The notes beneath the pieces are model-generated. The model was not told the origin of the DNA and ran no database searches. It saw only the letters and a list, made by a program, of their open reading frames with translations. A program made the position numbers and the translations under genes. Of a stretch of DNA of 64,000 nucleotides, positions 51,101 to 64,000 are shown piece after piece. The stretch's first letter is position 1; every line of letters starts with the position of its first letter. The DNA comes from Octopus sinensis (Eukaryota), in the NCBI RefSeq assembly GCF_006345805.1, contig NC_043012.1, positions 2,232,001 through 2,296,000 on the forward strand, read 5' to 3'.

Positions 51101-54100
51101 ATTGATTAGGCTCTAGCTCTGCTCTGATTAAAAGGGCTTATGATCAAAAACTTTCCACCCATGACCATTACTTCTTCTTATTCAGACATAGTGTAGGTAG
51201 GACTGCATTACCCAATGTCTTCCTTATTCTAAATTGGAAGGCTTTGTGATTTGAGGAAAATCTGGCTGCGGCTTAGCTGATCAAAAGGTCATGTAGAGGC
51301 CGTCATCTGTCCTGCATAGATAGCTGGTCAAAGGTCACCCTCTTTTGGCTTTCTATTTCCTGAAATAAATAGCATTTCAGTCTTATTTGAAGTATGTAAT
51401 TCTGCTATGTCTGAATTATCTTGATGTAACATTTCCTAAATGACCTGGAGATGTGGAATTAGAAGGAATGGTTGGCGTCAAGCAGGTGCCATCTTCAACA
51501 TTTCATATCTTCATAGTTTTAAAGCTGGAAAAAATATTAATTTTTATCCATTCTTATTTGATTCTTTTATTAGCTCTACTAGAAACAGCTGCCCAGCCAA
51601 TGTAGGAGCTTTTGCATGATTGTTCAGCCTGCTAGAAATAGCAACCAAATCCCCTGAATTCTATTTTACATCATTTAATGTCCACTTTTCTATCCTTGCA
51701 TGGGTCAGATGGAATTTGTTGAGACAAATTTTCTATGTCCAGATGCCCTTTTCTGTCACCTACCCTCTTGTTTACAAGGAAGGTAGGATTTCCCCATGGC
51801 TGGAAATGTTCTTGCAGAATATTGGAAATGCTTGTAGGACAGTGATAATCATTTTACAGTTACCACATGATGTGAAGATGAGGGAACACACACACACCTT
51901 TACCTTCCTTAAAAAAAAAAAACAAAAGAGGAGATGGTCATGACTAAAATACTTTTGATCAACCACCACCCAGCTTTATAAGTTTCAGGTTTAACTCTTT
52001 TGCATTTAACTGGTCATAACTGGCCCAAATATTCTGCTTTGCTTTATGTTCAAAGCGGCCAGATTTGGCCTCTCGCACCTATTCTACAATATCATTCATC
52101 ATCGCTTAACGTCCGCCTTCCATGCTTTTTAAAAATATACAATCACATCACTGAAATCTCAAAGATACAAGATAATTGCATGATTAATTGAAAACAGTGT
52201 GAATAAATAAGTATTACATTTGACAAAGTAATCTGAATGCTAAAGCGTTAACATACTTATGTGGACAGTATTTGAAGTGGTAGCTATTATGTGGACAGAC
52301 AATGGATGTTGACATTTTGTAAAGGCCAGGCATATAGATTCAATATATACTTGCAGCATTTGCAATATGAATGTCAATACATTTTATGTGTACATGTGTA
52401 GATTTGTATGCATGCATATGTGAGTGCGTATGCATGATATTTTCTGGTATAAAAGTTGAAATTTTCAGACCAAAATTTACAGACAAAAAAAAGGCAGATT
52501 GACTTATACAACCAAAATGACTTTAGAAGACCAAAAATTCCATGTGAAATGTAGCAGGATATATAAAGATTGTGATGATGTCTTATGGTCTTCTTTGAGG
52601 CCTTGATATCTTCTCTTGGCAGCTGGTATGTCATCTGAAATATTTGGGCACTCGCTTAAGGATTTTTCCAAACTTATCACCAATTTTGTTTAGACTTCTG
52701 AAAGGCCCCTTTTTTAAATTTTATAACCTGTAGCAATAGGAAGCAGGATTTGAATTTAGCTGAAACCCTCACATTCTGCTCATCTACTGTCTTTCTTTTA
52801 TTGATTCTAAAAGGCAGAAAAGTAAAGTCAGTTTAGATGGGATTCAAACTCAGAACCTGGAAAGCTGGAACAAACACCTTATCATTTCAACACCATGTGT
52901 GTGTGTGTGTGTGTGTGTATACAGACACATACGAGTGTGTCATCATCAGCATCATTTAACATCTATGTTCCATGCTGGTATGGCTTGGATGGTTTGACAG
53001 GAGCTGGAGAGCTGTCTGTTTTGGCATTGTTTCTATGGTTGGATGCCCTTCCTAATGCCAGCCGCTTCACAGTGTGCTGGGAGCTTTTTACATAACACCA
53101 GCACAGTACGTGTGTGTGTGTGTAATAGGTGTGGACAGGGTTGTATTGTTAAGAAGTTGGCTTGACAGTCACATGATTTTGGGTTCAATCTCACTGCATG
53201 GCTTCTTAGGTTAATGTTTTCTACCAGTAATCCAGGCTGACCAGTGTTTATGGATGAATTTGGTTGACAGAAACTGCAGGAAGCCCTGTTGTGTTTGTGT
53301 ATGTATGTGTTTTTCACAGGAATCTTGATATTCCATGCTTGACACTGCCCGAACAAAACAGTTGATATTCCTTGTTAATATTATGACCAAGAAGTAAAAT
53401 AAAATCCCTTATTTGTAAAAAAGGTAAAGGCTAATGGCAGGGATAGCATCCAGCTGTAAAATCCTGTCTCAAATAACCTCATCTAACCCATACTAGCGTG
53501 GAAAGACTGGCATCAAATAAATGAATGAATTTATCCTTATATGTTACTGTACAAAGTCATGAAAGTTCTCAACACAATTTTGCAGGAAGTTTATAGAGTT
53601 TTATGTTAATTTATGTAAGCTAAACAAGGATTACATAACCTGAACTTACAGCTTCATTTAGTCAACCAATTGTGCATGTTGGTAAGCTTGAAATTGATAG
53701 AATGACCTTATTACTTTCAAATTCACTGAAGTGTATAGTCACCTGATTGAAGGAAACCATGATTTCATTTATGTAAACCCTGTGTATCTCGCATAAATTA
53801 ACATATATATGTATATGCATGCATGCCTATTCACAATATACATACAGATACTGACATATTTTAAGATTCGCGTCAGTGGACACCTCTGATCAAAGTGATG
53901 TGATATTAGGACACTGAGGAAATGGGACCCCTATCACAATTGAAAAAGTATGCTAGTGAGAGAGATAAGAAGAGGGTGAACAAAACTGGTATAAAACCAA
54001 GAACATTCTAGTCTTCAGTCATTGGTGTCTTGTCAGTAATTTGTCACAAAAAGACTAGTTTAATAACAGATTTTTACAATAATCAATATCATTATTAGTC

Positions 54101-55004
54101 TTTATGTGTTTGGTTACTGCTTTAACTGTTTATTCTGAATAAATAAATAGTAAATCGGATTGGACGAAATCTAAAGAATTTTGCTAATTTTTTTTTTTCT
54201 TCTTCAGTAGTCTTGTTATGTTTATTTCTTTCTCTATCTTTCTCTCATCCAACTGATAGATTCTGAAAACTTCAAGTGGGAAACCTACTTTTAAATGTAA
54301 TAATCTCAGCAAACAATCCTCTTTTATCTTTCTCTTCCTGCCTCTCTCTAAAGCGCATATTATACACAACTCATAGAAACTAATCTGACTCCATGATGGA
54401 AATCTTAGTATCAAGTTCCATAGAAACTGTTTGCTTTAGGAATATATCCAGGCGTAGCAAACCTGTTTATCTAACTACCAGTGTACGCAAATAATAAATG
54501 AAAATTCATTACATCGAGTTTTTTCTCTCCCCTCCTTCCTGTATCAAAAGTATTATAGAATTTGAAATATCTGTAAATTCAGACATTTGACGTTTCAGTT
54601 AGATTCATGCAAACACTGTCCATCATTATTAACCTTGCCGTTTCTGGTGACTGTCTTTTAGTGTACACAATGCACCATCAATTGTAACCTTTGAACCAAC
54701 AGTATTGGGATAATCTCAGCATAGTTTGGCTGATGATAGTTTGAATGTCTTTGAACATGGGACTGCTCAGTCAAAACCAGCCTTGGGCACAATGGCCTGA
54801 GCTCCAGGAGGAAATTTATGCTTATTAGATTTCGTTTTAGTTTGTAGTCTCTTCTAACCAGAACACACACACAGTCCTATAAGTAAAGCACTATTTATAT
54901 GTTATATTCAAATGCCTGACACTGGGGACACATGGTAATTAAGTCTTTGGGGATTTTCATGAAGATTTTTTTCTTACATGGCTCAGAATTATTAGACATT
55001 AGAG

Positions 55005-55127
55005 CAGGCGTGGGCAACATTTTTCAAGAAGTAGACTGCATGAGACATGGTGCGGCATTACTAAAAAAATTCAAGGTAACTTTTTGTTACGTGTGCCATT
55101 CAGGAAGTCACAAGTCACCCATGACTG
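55005..55127. mobile_element. hAT-like MITE
   Basis: caggcgtgggcaac...gtcacccatgactg; flanks CATTAGAG / CATTAACA. Confidence 0.65.
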
Positions 55128-55814
55128 CATTAACATGTTGGATGGAATGTTTTGCAGTATTTTTAAGTTCAAATCCTATTGGGATCAACTTAGTCTTTCA
55201 TCTCTTCATGGGGTGATAAAATAAAGTATCAATCCACATATATATATATGACAGGCTTCTTTCAGTTTCTGTCTACCAAATCCACTCACAAGGCTATTGT
55301 AGAAGACACTTGCCCGCCCAAGGTGCCATGCAGTGGGACTGAACCCAGAACCATGTGGTTGATAAGCAAGCTACTTACCACACTGCCCCTCCTGCACCTA
55401 ACTGCTATATATACAAATATATTCAACATATTTTACAAAAACCTAACCAGCAAGCAAATTTCTCACAAATCACACTCAACACATTGGATAATGTTGTCCT
55501 ATATGCCCTTTACATTTTCAACTTGTGTTACTACTTGCCCTTGTTCTGTTTTTATATCACAGCTACCTTTCATCACTTCCATCCAGTGAGTATCAGCATA
55601 TACATTTACATGGCCATATTAATATATCCATCTATTCTTCATACAAATGACCCCACCCACCCACACACCCCACCCCACGTACCAGCCATGTAATTGCACC
55701 CAACCAATTCCTTGAACTCACTCACACCTTATCAATTTACACAGCAAGCATTTCATATTCTGTTTTCCCAACCTTGTAGCATCACACTTCTTATAATCCC
55801 ACCTTGCTACATAC

Positions 55815-55848
<34 letters not shown>

Positions 55849-55862
55849 ACATATATATATAT

Positions 55863-55874
55863 AGTACTATACTC

Positions 55875-55934
<60 letters not shown>

Positions 55935-55940
55935 ATACTC

Positions 55941-55976
<36 letters not shown>

Positions 55977-55983
55977 ATACTCG

Positions 55984-56016
<33 letters not shown>

Positions 56017-56119
56017 ATACTCGTATATATATATATATATATAGTACTATACTCGTATATATATATATATATATATAGTACTATACTCGTATATATATAT
56101 ATATATAGTACTATACTCG

Positions 56120-56164
<45 letters not shown>

Positions 56165-56175
56165 ATACTCGTATG

Positions 56176-56206
<31 letters not shown>

Positions 56207-56253
56207 ATACTCGTATGTATATATATATATATATATATATAGTACTATACTCG

Positions 56254-56290
<37 letters not shown>

Positions 56291-56337
56291 ATACTCGTAT
56301 GTATATATATATATATATATATATAGTACTATACTCG

Positions 56338-56384
<47 letters not shown>

Positions 56385-56429
56385 ATACTCGTATGTATAT
56401 ATATATATATATATATAGTACTATACTCG

Positions 56430-56505
<76 letters not shown>

Positions 56506-56522
56506 TATAGTACTATACTCGT
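55863..56522. repeat. Compound minisatellite: 15 x AGTACTATACTCG separated by variable (TA)n
   Basis: Cores counted at 55863, 55929, 55971, 56011, 56043, 56077, 56107, 56159, 56201, 56241, 56285, 56325, 56379, 56417 and 56509. Confidence 0.97.
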
Positions 56523-56556
56523 GTGTGTATGTATATATATATACACACACACACAC

Positions 56557-56599
<43 letters not shown>

Positions 56600-56601
<2 letters not shown>

Positions 56602-56810
56602 CCTCGTCTGGCACCTGTGTCGGTGGCACATAAAATCACCCACTACACTCTCGGAGTGGTTGGCGTTAGGAAGGGCATCCAGCTGTAGAAACACTGCCAC
56701 ATCTGACTGGCCTGGTGCAGCCTTCGGGCTTCCCAGACCCCAGTTGAACCGTCCAACCCATGCTAGCATGGAAAGCGGACGTTAAACGATGATGATGATG
56801 ATGATGATGA
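56600..56810 (+). mobile_element. SINE-like family D, young copy with (GAT)n tail
   Basis: gagtggttggcgttaggaagggcatccagctgtagaaac...ggacgttaaacgatgatgatg. Confidence 0.9.
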
Positions 56811-56831
56811 TATATATATATATATATATAT

Positions 56832-56849
56832 ACAAGAGAAAACTTTCTA

Positions 56850-56903
<54 letters not shown>

Positions 56904-56921
56904 TAGAAAGTTTTCTCTTGT
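56832..56921. repeat. 90-bp perfect palindrome (22-bp arms around (TA)23)
   Basis: acaagagaaaactttctatctg-(TA)23-cagatagaaagttttctcttgt. Confidence 0.97.
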
Positions 56922-57852
56922 GGAAATGAATACTCTCATTAATCATAATAATTTATTTGGGCAATTCTTGCTTATCTCTTCAGCATTACATCAACAAGTT
57001 GTAAACTTCCCCAGCTTATGATGCTAGTATATCACAAGCAGGCATGGCTGTGTGCTTAAGAAATTTACTTCTCAATCATGTGTTTCTAGGTTCGATCCTA
57101 CTATTTGGCACCTTAAGTGAGTGTCTTTTACTATAGCTTCAGGTCAACCCAAGGATAAGTCCATCAGATGGACTATACCTGTTGATGAATGGTGAAGCTT
57201 AACCCATCAGCCAGTTTAACGCCACCTCTTGGCCCTTGGATGACTTTAGCTGAGTCCACTGTGTTACAAGCATTTGGACCAATTTAACAGATGAGTCATA
57301 ATTTCTTTCTCTCCTTTTCTTCCAGTAACTGTAGAGGTGCTACAAAAGCATAATGTATACTATTCCTTTTCCTCTGAGGACTGTGAAGTCACATGGCTAA
57401 GTGGTTTGGGTATTAGACTCATGATCGTAAGATTGTGGTTTCAATTCCTGGACAGGGCAACATGTTGTGTCCTTGAGCAAACACTTTGTTTTTCATGTTG
57501 TTCCAGTCCACTCACCTGGCAAAAAGGAGTAATCCTGTGACGGATCAGCATCCCATCCATGTACAGAATACTGGGAAACTGGCTGTTGTAAGTCAGCATG
57601 ACTCGAGAAGGTAATTTTACTTTGCCTTTTCTACCTTTGACTCACCTGTGAATAATGAACTTTGCTATGAAAGCATGGTGGTTATTCTTTTACTGCTTTG
57701 TGTGAAAATAGTTGAGTGGAATTGAGTGTTTAGTCAGGTTAACATTGTAATGGTTTTTCCATGATGATATAAGTGGAATGAGTCATGTACAAAACCACAT
57801 TATTATCTTGTTTTTGTTTGTGGGATCAAGAAAGTTAACCATACCATTTTTA

Positions 57853-58193
57853 AGTGAGTGTCTTATGAGAGCTCAAAATCTCTCGTGGAAGCGCCATCCA
57901 ACCAAAATGCAAATATATGGGAAACTACCACCTGTGTCATCTCTTGTGAAAGGTAGGAGAGTCCAGTTTGCTGGACATTGTTGCAGAGCTGAAAAAGAGG
58001 TAATTTCTACTCTTCTCCTCTGGAAGCCATCTACTCGCAATACCAGAGGGCGCACACTCTCCTACCCTGATGTAATCTCCAGGGATACAGGCATCCAGCA
58101 ACAGGACCTCCGTAATGCCATGATGGACCGTGAAGTCTGGCGTAGCAGAGTAGATTCCATTGTCTTGACCACGGTCGAACAATGATGATGATG
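57853..58193 (+). mobile_element. 5'-truncated RTE-like LINE 3' end (341 bp) with (GAT)n tail and perfect 12-bp TSD
   Basis: RRVQFAGHCCRAEKEVISTLLLWKP...RGRTLSYPDVISRDTG...AMMDREVWR; TSD ATACCATTTTTA at 57841-57852 and 58194-58205. Confidence 0.93.
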
Positions 58194-58309
58194 ATACCAT
58201 TTTTACTTCCCGCTCTCTTTTGGTTTAACCTTTTCTCAAAAGTACCATATATCGTCAGTTCACAGCACTTTCTTACCTAGTATTTCTTTATTCATTCTCA
58301 CCACCCCAG

Positions 58310-58640
58310 TATTGCAGCTGTCTCATGCACCACATCTCTGTCAGTGCAGCTGTTTGACGTGCACAAGGCTATGTCAGTGTAGCTGTGTATCCTGCATACA
58401 TGCACACCATGTGTCCATAATTAGAGCAGCTGTTTCTCCAGCATACATGTAAACTGCAAGTATGGCTGTCTCTTCTGCACACATGTACAGCATCCATCCG
58501 TATCAACGCAACTGTCTTTCCTTCATACATGTAAACCACTCGACCATTATGTCAGTGCGGTCATCTTTCCAGCGCATATCTACGCCATATGTCACTATCA
58601 GTTCAGCTGTCTTTCTTGCAAGTATTCATCACATGGCTAC
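58310..58640. repeat. Degenerate ~40-bp minisatellite (cagtgcagctgtctttcc.gcatacatg consensus-like)
   Basis: Recurring gcagctgt and catacatg words at roughly 35-50-bp spacing. Confidence 0.55.
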
Positions 58641-60076
58641 ATTAGCGTAACTGATCTATCCCCCCACACACACACACAACACATACATGCACACCACATT
58701 CCCACATCAATGCACCCAATAAATCATACCCCAGTTACTACATGGCTTTTCTGCTCATAACACACACAAACGCACCCACCTCTTCCAGTTTTTCTTCATA
58801 TAAAGATTGAAACCTTTAATTGTTAACAGCAGAGGTAACAGCTTCTTCTTCTTCCAGCCCATATTGATCCAATCAGCTACACTTCCTGTAGTTGCCCATT
58901 TCCAGCATTAATTATTATTCCAATTAGCATAACATACTTACTGTACTACTCAAAGTGAGTCACTTTAACTTCCTATATAACCCCTTAGCATCTGGTAAAT
59001 CTACAGATATGGTTCTTTGTAAGTCTGCCAGAAATCTCACCACATCTTTCATGTACCCATGCCAGGTAATAGTTGACCGCACTGATGCATTAAAAATTCT
59101 GGTCCAGCATACCTGTAAGAATGTCTTCGACAGTTATGAACTCACAACCCATGTTTTGTCAGGCTAGTACTCTATCCATTTGGTCAGTGTCTGTTTCCAA
59201 CAGTTGTTCTTCCATTCCATATGTAACCGCGCTTGACATTGCAGTCCTATATCTAGGGACAGCTTCTACATGGTCACATGACATACTAGAAATAGCAATC
59301 AAATCACTCCTCAAAATACATCCATCAACATACAAAGATCATATGCATTGGATAATGTAGTTTGAGATGTAACATGCAACATAGCTGAAAATATAAGGAA
59401 AAGAAAAACAAAAGATGGGATGTTCACGAATGGAATGCTTTTTGATCACTGGTTTTCTTGTTCATGGTTGACTTGATACCAGCAACAACAGCCTCACTTG
59501 CAAGAAAGTGGCTAATATATAGTTCTAGATCAGGCATGGGCAACCTTTTCTGAGAGGCAGGCCAAATGGCTCATCATCAGGTGGGCCATACTACTAGGAA
59601 AATTCTAGGTAATTTTGTATTAGGCGTAACATTCAGGAAGTTTTGCAGGCCACAGGGTTCATTGAGGCAAATTTTCTATGGCCAGATACTCTTCCTGTCA
59701 CCAATCCTCAAGTAAGGTAATGTTTTTCGTGGAAGACTGGAAACAGATGGCACCACTCCTATGACTGTGACAATCACTTACAACTGTCACACAGTGTCAA
59801 AACAAAAAGACGCGTGCACTCATATGCACATATATTGACAACTGGTTGCTTTCAGTTTCCATCTACTACACCCACTCACAAGGCTTTAGTAGTAGGCCTG
59901 AAGCTATAGAAAATACTTGCCCAAGGTGTCTGAGAAAATAAAAAGACTAGATGGTCATAACTGGAACATTTTCAACTATAACTCTACAGGTTCAACCTTG
60001 AACTAAATGGCAAAACAGTAACTACACCTGCAGCAAGCAACTGCATAATAATGTTTACAGTAGAGTATAATACTAT

Positions 60077-60388
60077 ATCACTGTGATCACCATGACCGAC
60101 CAGGCTATCAGATGTTGCTACACATCGCTGGTCACAATGCACTTCACATTGTTTTAGCCTTCAAATGATGCCACCCCGCTAGGTAAACGAGCAGGCTAAC
60201 AGAAAAAAGAGTGAGAGAAAGTTGTGGCGAAAGAGTACAGCAGGGATTGCCACCGCCCCCCTGCCGGAGCCTTGTGCAGCTTTAGGTGTTTTCGCTCAAT
60301 AAACACTCTCAACGCCCAGTCTGGGAATCGAAACTGCAATCCTACAACCGCGAGTCTGCTACCCTAACCACTGGGCCATTGCGCATCC
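60077..60388 (-). mobile_element. SINE family B copy; a further partial copy at ~60515-60620
   Basis: Reverse complement of 11360-11663. Confidence 0.9.
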
Positions 60389-60391
60389 ACC

Positions 60392-60493
<102 letters not shown>

Positions 60494-60824
60494 GTGTATA
60501 TATATTTATATATATCACATGACAGACCAGTCTATCTCATGATCTGTTTTGTTATACATCACTGGTTACAATGCACTTTGCATTGTTTTAGCTTTTGACT
60601 GATGCTAGGTGAGCAGGCCAACACTTTCCTTGATTGGAAGTGTGTCCATCATAGGGTTATCCATTTAACAGCTGAGTGAACTGAAACAACATAAAAAGAA
60701 GTGTTTTGATCAAGAACACAACACACTGTCCAGTCCAGGAATTGAACTCATGATCTGGCAACTGTGATTGTGACACTCTAACCACTTGGCCATGCGCCTT
60801 TGTGCTTATATGTGTATCATTATC

Positions 60825-61000
60825 ATCATCCTTTAACATCTGTTTCCCATGCTGACATGGGTTGGGTGGTTTGACATGAAGCTGACCAGCTGGGAGCTGT
60901 CCAAACTCTGTACTGGAATGGTTTCTACTGCTGGATGCCCTTCCTAACGCCAACCACTTAATAGATTGTGCTGGGTGCTTTTTACTTGCCACTGGCATAA
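60825..61000 (-). mobile_element. SINE-like family D copy
   Basis: catcatcctttaacatctgtttcccatgc...ggatgcccttcctaacgccaaccact. Confidence 0.8.
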
Positions 61001-61667
61001 AGAAAATAAATTTCTAGCGGAAGGCTATGGGACTTGAACCCATACCCCTCAGATACCAGCTGTGTATTTTACACACACACATACACACACACAGAATGAT
61101 CATAAGTAGAACATCTTTGCTGAACCGACCCCTGACTAGGCAACAACAGTAACTTTCATTATTAATCTTTCAGCATTAATCATATCGCCCAGGTAGTAGC
61201 AAAGCTCATCTACAATTTCCAAGAAAAAAAAAAAAGGAGTTGCTTGAGCTGTTATAAATAGCAGCCAAATCTCCTTCAAGGTACACATTACCATCTTAAA
61301 AATGGAAGGACATGTTGCATGGTAAAGTCTTAGAGACCTGAAAATAAGATGGGTTTGCCACAACTGGAATACCTTTGATTTTGTTTATAGGTTTGCTCTA
61401 ATCAGGGGCTGGACTTAATGCCTATTTTCACGTTTTACAAAATCTGATTTGCATTTAACATTGGTCCTTTTAACCAGTTACAAGACAGTTGCAAAAGAAG
61501 GACTGTACTGCCGCTGTGCATTACTGCTGTATATTCTTGGTGCTTCAAATGATAAAAGGTGATGTCAGTTATGAGGGTGTGTATGTGTATGGACTTAAAG
61601 AACAGTGAACTTTACACTACACAAAACATAGTCTGCCATTTGTTTCCTATCACACCTCTACTACATA

Positions 61668-61701
<34 letters not shown>

Positions 61702-61955
61702 CATACATTTTTTATCTATATATCTTTATCTTTACACATGCACCTGTATATAAAGATACATACATACATGCATATGCACACCACACACACACACACACAC
61801 AAACATATCTTTATGCACACACAATACACACATATAATTTAGTGTGTGTGTATGTAAAGTTTTTTCAGGCTCATGCAAGTTTGGAAAAGTGGACATTAAA
61901 ACAATGATGATCTTTCCCTCCTCTCTATCTGTCTGTATGTCTGTCTGTCTATCTG

Positions 61956-61987
<32 letters not shown>

Positions 61988-61996
61988 CCTATCTAC

Positions 61997-62105
<109 letters not shown>

Positions 62106-62442
62106 CTACCTACCTACCTACCTACCTACCTACCTACCTACACACACACACACAAGTAAGCACATGATTGCAAAACAAAGTGGAAAAAATATAAAACCAT
62201 GCAACTGTCTGACGAATGAGAATGTGAAACTAACAGTTTTCTGATAATTTTGCCGTTTTAATAAAAGTATATATATATATCGATAGAATGAGTACTAGGC
62301 TTAAAAAAGAATAAGTCCTGGGGTCTACTTGCTCGACTAAAGGCGGTGCTACAGCATGGATGCAGTCAAATGACTGAAACAAGTAAAAGAGTAAACAAAT
62401 ATATATATATATATGTATGTATATATATATATATATATATAT

Positions 62443-62598
62443 ATGTAATAATTAAAATATATGCATACATACAAACATATATGTACGTACCTACATCTAC
62501 ATGTATATATATACATGCATATATAAATAAATATATACATGTAGATGTAGGTACGTACATATATGTTTGTATGTATGCATATATTTTAATTATTACAT
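62443..62598. repeat. Perfect 68-bp inverted repeat with a 20-bp spacer
   Basis: 62443-62510 is the exact reverse complement of 62531-62598. Confidence 0.97.
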
Positions 62599-63409
62599 TA
62601 TTGTCTGACAGCACCTCGCGTCGGGTTCGTTTTCGATTCGTCGGTTCGTTCCATCTCTTGTCCTCCATTTTAATTCTTATATATATATATATATATATAT
62701 ATATTTCTTTCTTTCTCTGGCTTGTTGCTTCATCTCTCTGAAAGATACTGGATGCTGTCAAAATTGGCTAGTACTTTAAACATTGTCAGGTTGACCTATC
62801 TAAATGTAGTCAGCCTTCCTTTTCCAATCAGGCTTCCTCATCATCACCACTACAACACACACACACACCAGATGAACAACAGCCACAACAGCAGCCTTTG
62901 TAGTTTATTTCTTCTTTCTATATTCCAAAACCTTTCCAACATAATACGGTATTTTACATCATTGTTGGCAGCAGCATCATCTCAATATTATCAGTTTTTC
63001 TCCAAACTAGATATGCTGCATGACGTATTTATGAGAGCTGTATGACTTTAGACATTTATCATATTCTACTGAGACTTGTGGCAATTATGTTTTAAGTATT
63101 CTTCTCTCTTAATTCTATGCAATAGACTTACATATCATCATAACACTATTTCAATATCTTTTATCTTTCACTTGTGTTAGTCCTTGGACTGTGGACATGC
63201 TGAGAGCACTGCCTTGAAGTGTTTGGTACAGGGGTTCTCAATCATTTTTTTTTTATCTATGGACCCCTTTGATTACTATTTAATTCTAGTAGACTCACAT
63301 AACCATTCCATGTTTAAAAACTAGTTTTATAGAAACTACTTTCAAAATTCCTATTTTGTTTTTCACACATTGTGGTGGCATGCAATAAGTACCATTCATG
63401 CGTGGGTTG

Positions 63410-63760
63410 TTGCTAGTGTCACCTGACTGACTCCCTGTGCTGGTGGCACGTAAAAAGCACCATCCAAACGTAATCGGTGCCCCCCCTCCCCCCGACTGGC
63501 TCCTTTACCGGTAGCCTATAAAAAGCACCATCCAAACATGGCCAATGCCAGTGCCACCTGATTGGCTTCCTTGCCGGTGGCACGTAAAATGCACCCACTA
63601 CACTCTTGGAGTGGTTGGCATTAAGAAGGGCATCCAGCTGTAGAAACATTGCCAGATCAGATTGGAGCCTGGTGCGGCCTCCTGACTTTCGAGTCCCCAG
63701 TCAATCTGTCTAACCCGTGCTAGCATGGAAAACGGTCATTAAACAATGATGATGATGATT
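63410..63760 (+). mobile_element. SINE-like family D with three 5' tandem units, apparently inserted in a hAT-like MITE (caggggttctcaa at ~63229; remainder ~63780-63935)
   Basis: gtggcacgtaaaa.gcacc units x3; body and (GAT)n tail as at 56600-56810. Confidence 0.8.
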
Positions 63761-64000
63761 TGATTGTGTAGGTTGAACTATGTTAGAGAAAGAAACCTGT
63801 TTTTTGCAATACATACTAATACATAGATCTAAAGAAATTTTTTTTTTTTAGGGGCTCTTAAAATACTATTCTGTATCCCCATTTTAGTATTTTGTTGTTT
63901 GGACCCCCAAAATCTTAAATGAACCCTCAGGTTGTATCTGACCCAAATATTCCATCTGTACTGTGTTCAAACTGACCAGATTTGGCTTCATCCATTGGCC

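Noticed and set aside
52374-52700. Minus-strand ORF ...ISDDIPAAKRRYQGLKEDHK...
   Set aside because: No acceptor compatible with the open frame and no recognisable homology.
55863-56522. CRISPR array
   Set aside because: The repeat is only 13 bp, the spacers are pure (TA)n, there are no cas genes, and the context is eukaryotic.

Overview
Eukaryotic, AT-rich, repeat-saturated genomic DNA. The SINE families and the microsatellite load look like octopus (coleoid cephalopod); this is recognition by eye, not a database result. Almost every ORF in the supplied track is a translation of microsatellite and is not a gene. Supported content: (1) decayed non-LTR retrotransposon fragments of several clades (CR1/L2-like, RTE x3, Tx1/L1-like x2, R4/Dong-like with a restriction-like endonuclease, and a Penelope-like C-terminus); (2) an internally deleted mariner with both TIRs; (3) two non-autonomous Helitrons and several MITEs with TIRs and TSDs; (4) dozens of copies of at least four SINE-like families; (5) two CpG-rich promoter-like regions (~8.9 kb and ~36.1 kb), the second with a convincing first coding exon (MAAGRIGFMQFFSKDK|GTTAGT) followed by a CpG-depleted, gene-body-like region. 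No gene could be named. I found no clearly new biological system. The most interesting signals are a probable (CATA)n-targeting retroelement family, perfect fold-back inverted duplications at (TA)n tracts, a 16-copy octamer (ATTTGCAT) array, and a CRISPR-looking palindromic core/(TA)n array. SINE boundaries are approximate (about +/-10-20 bp).
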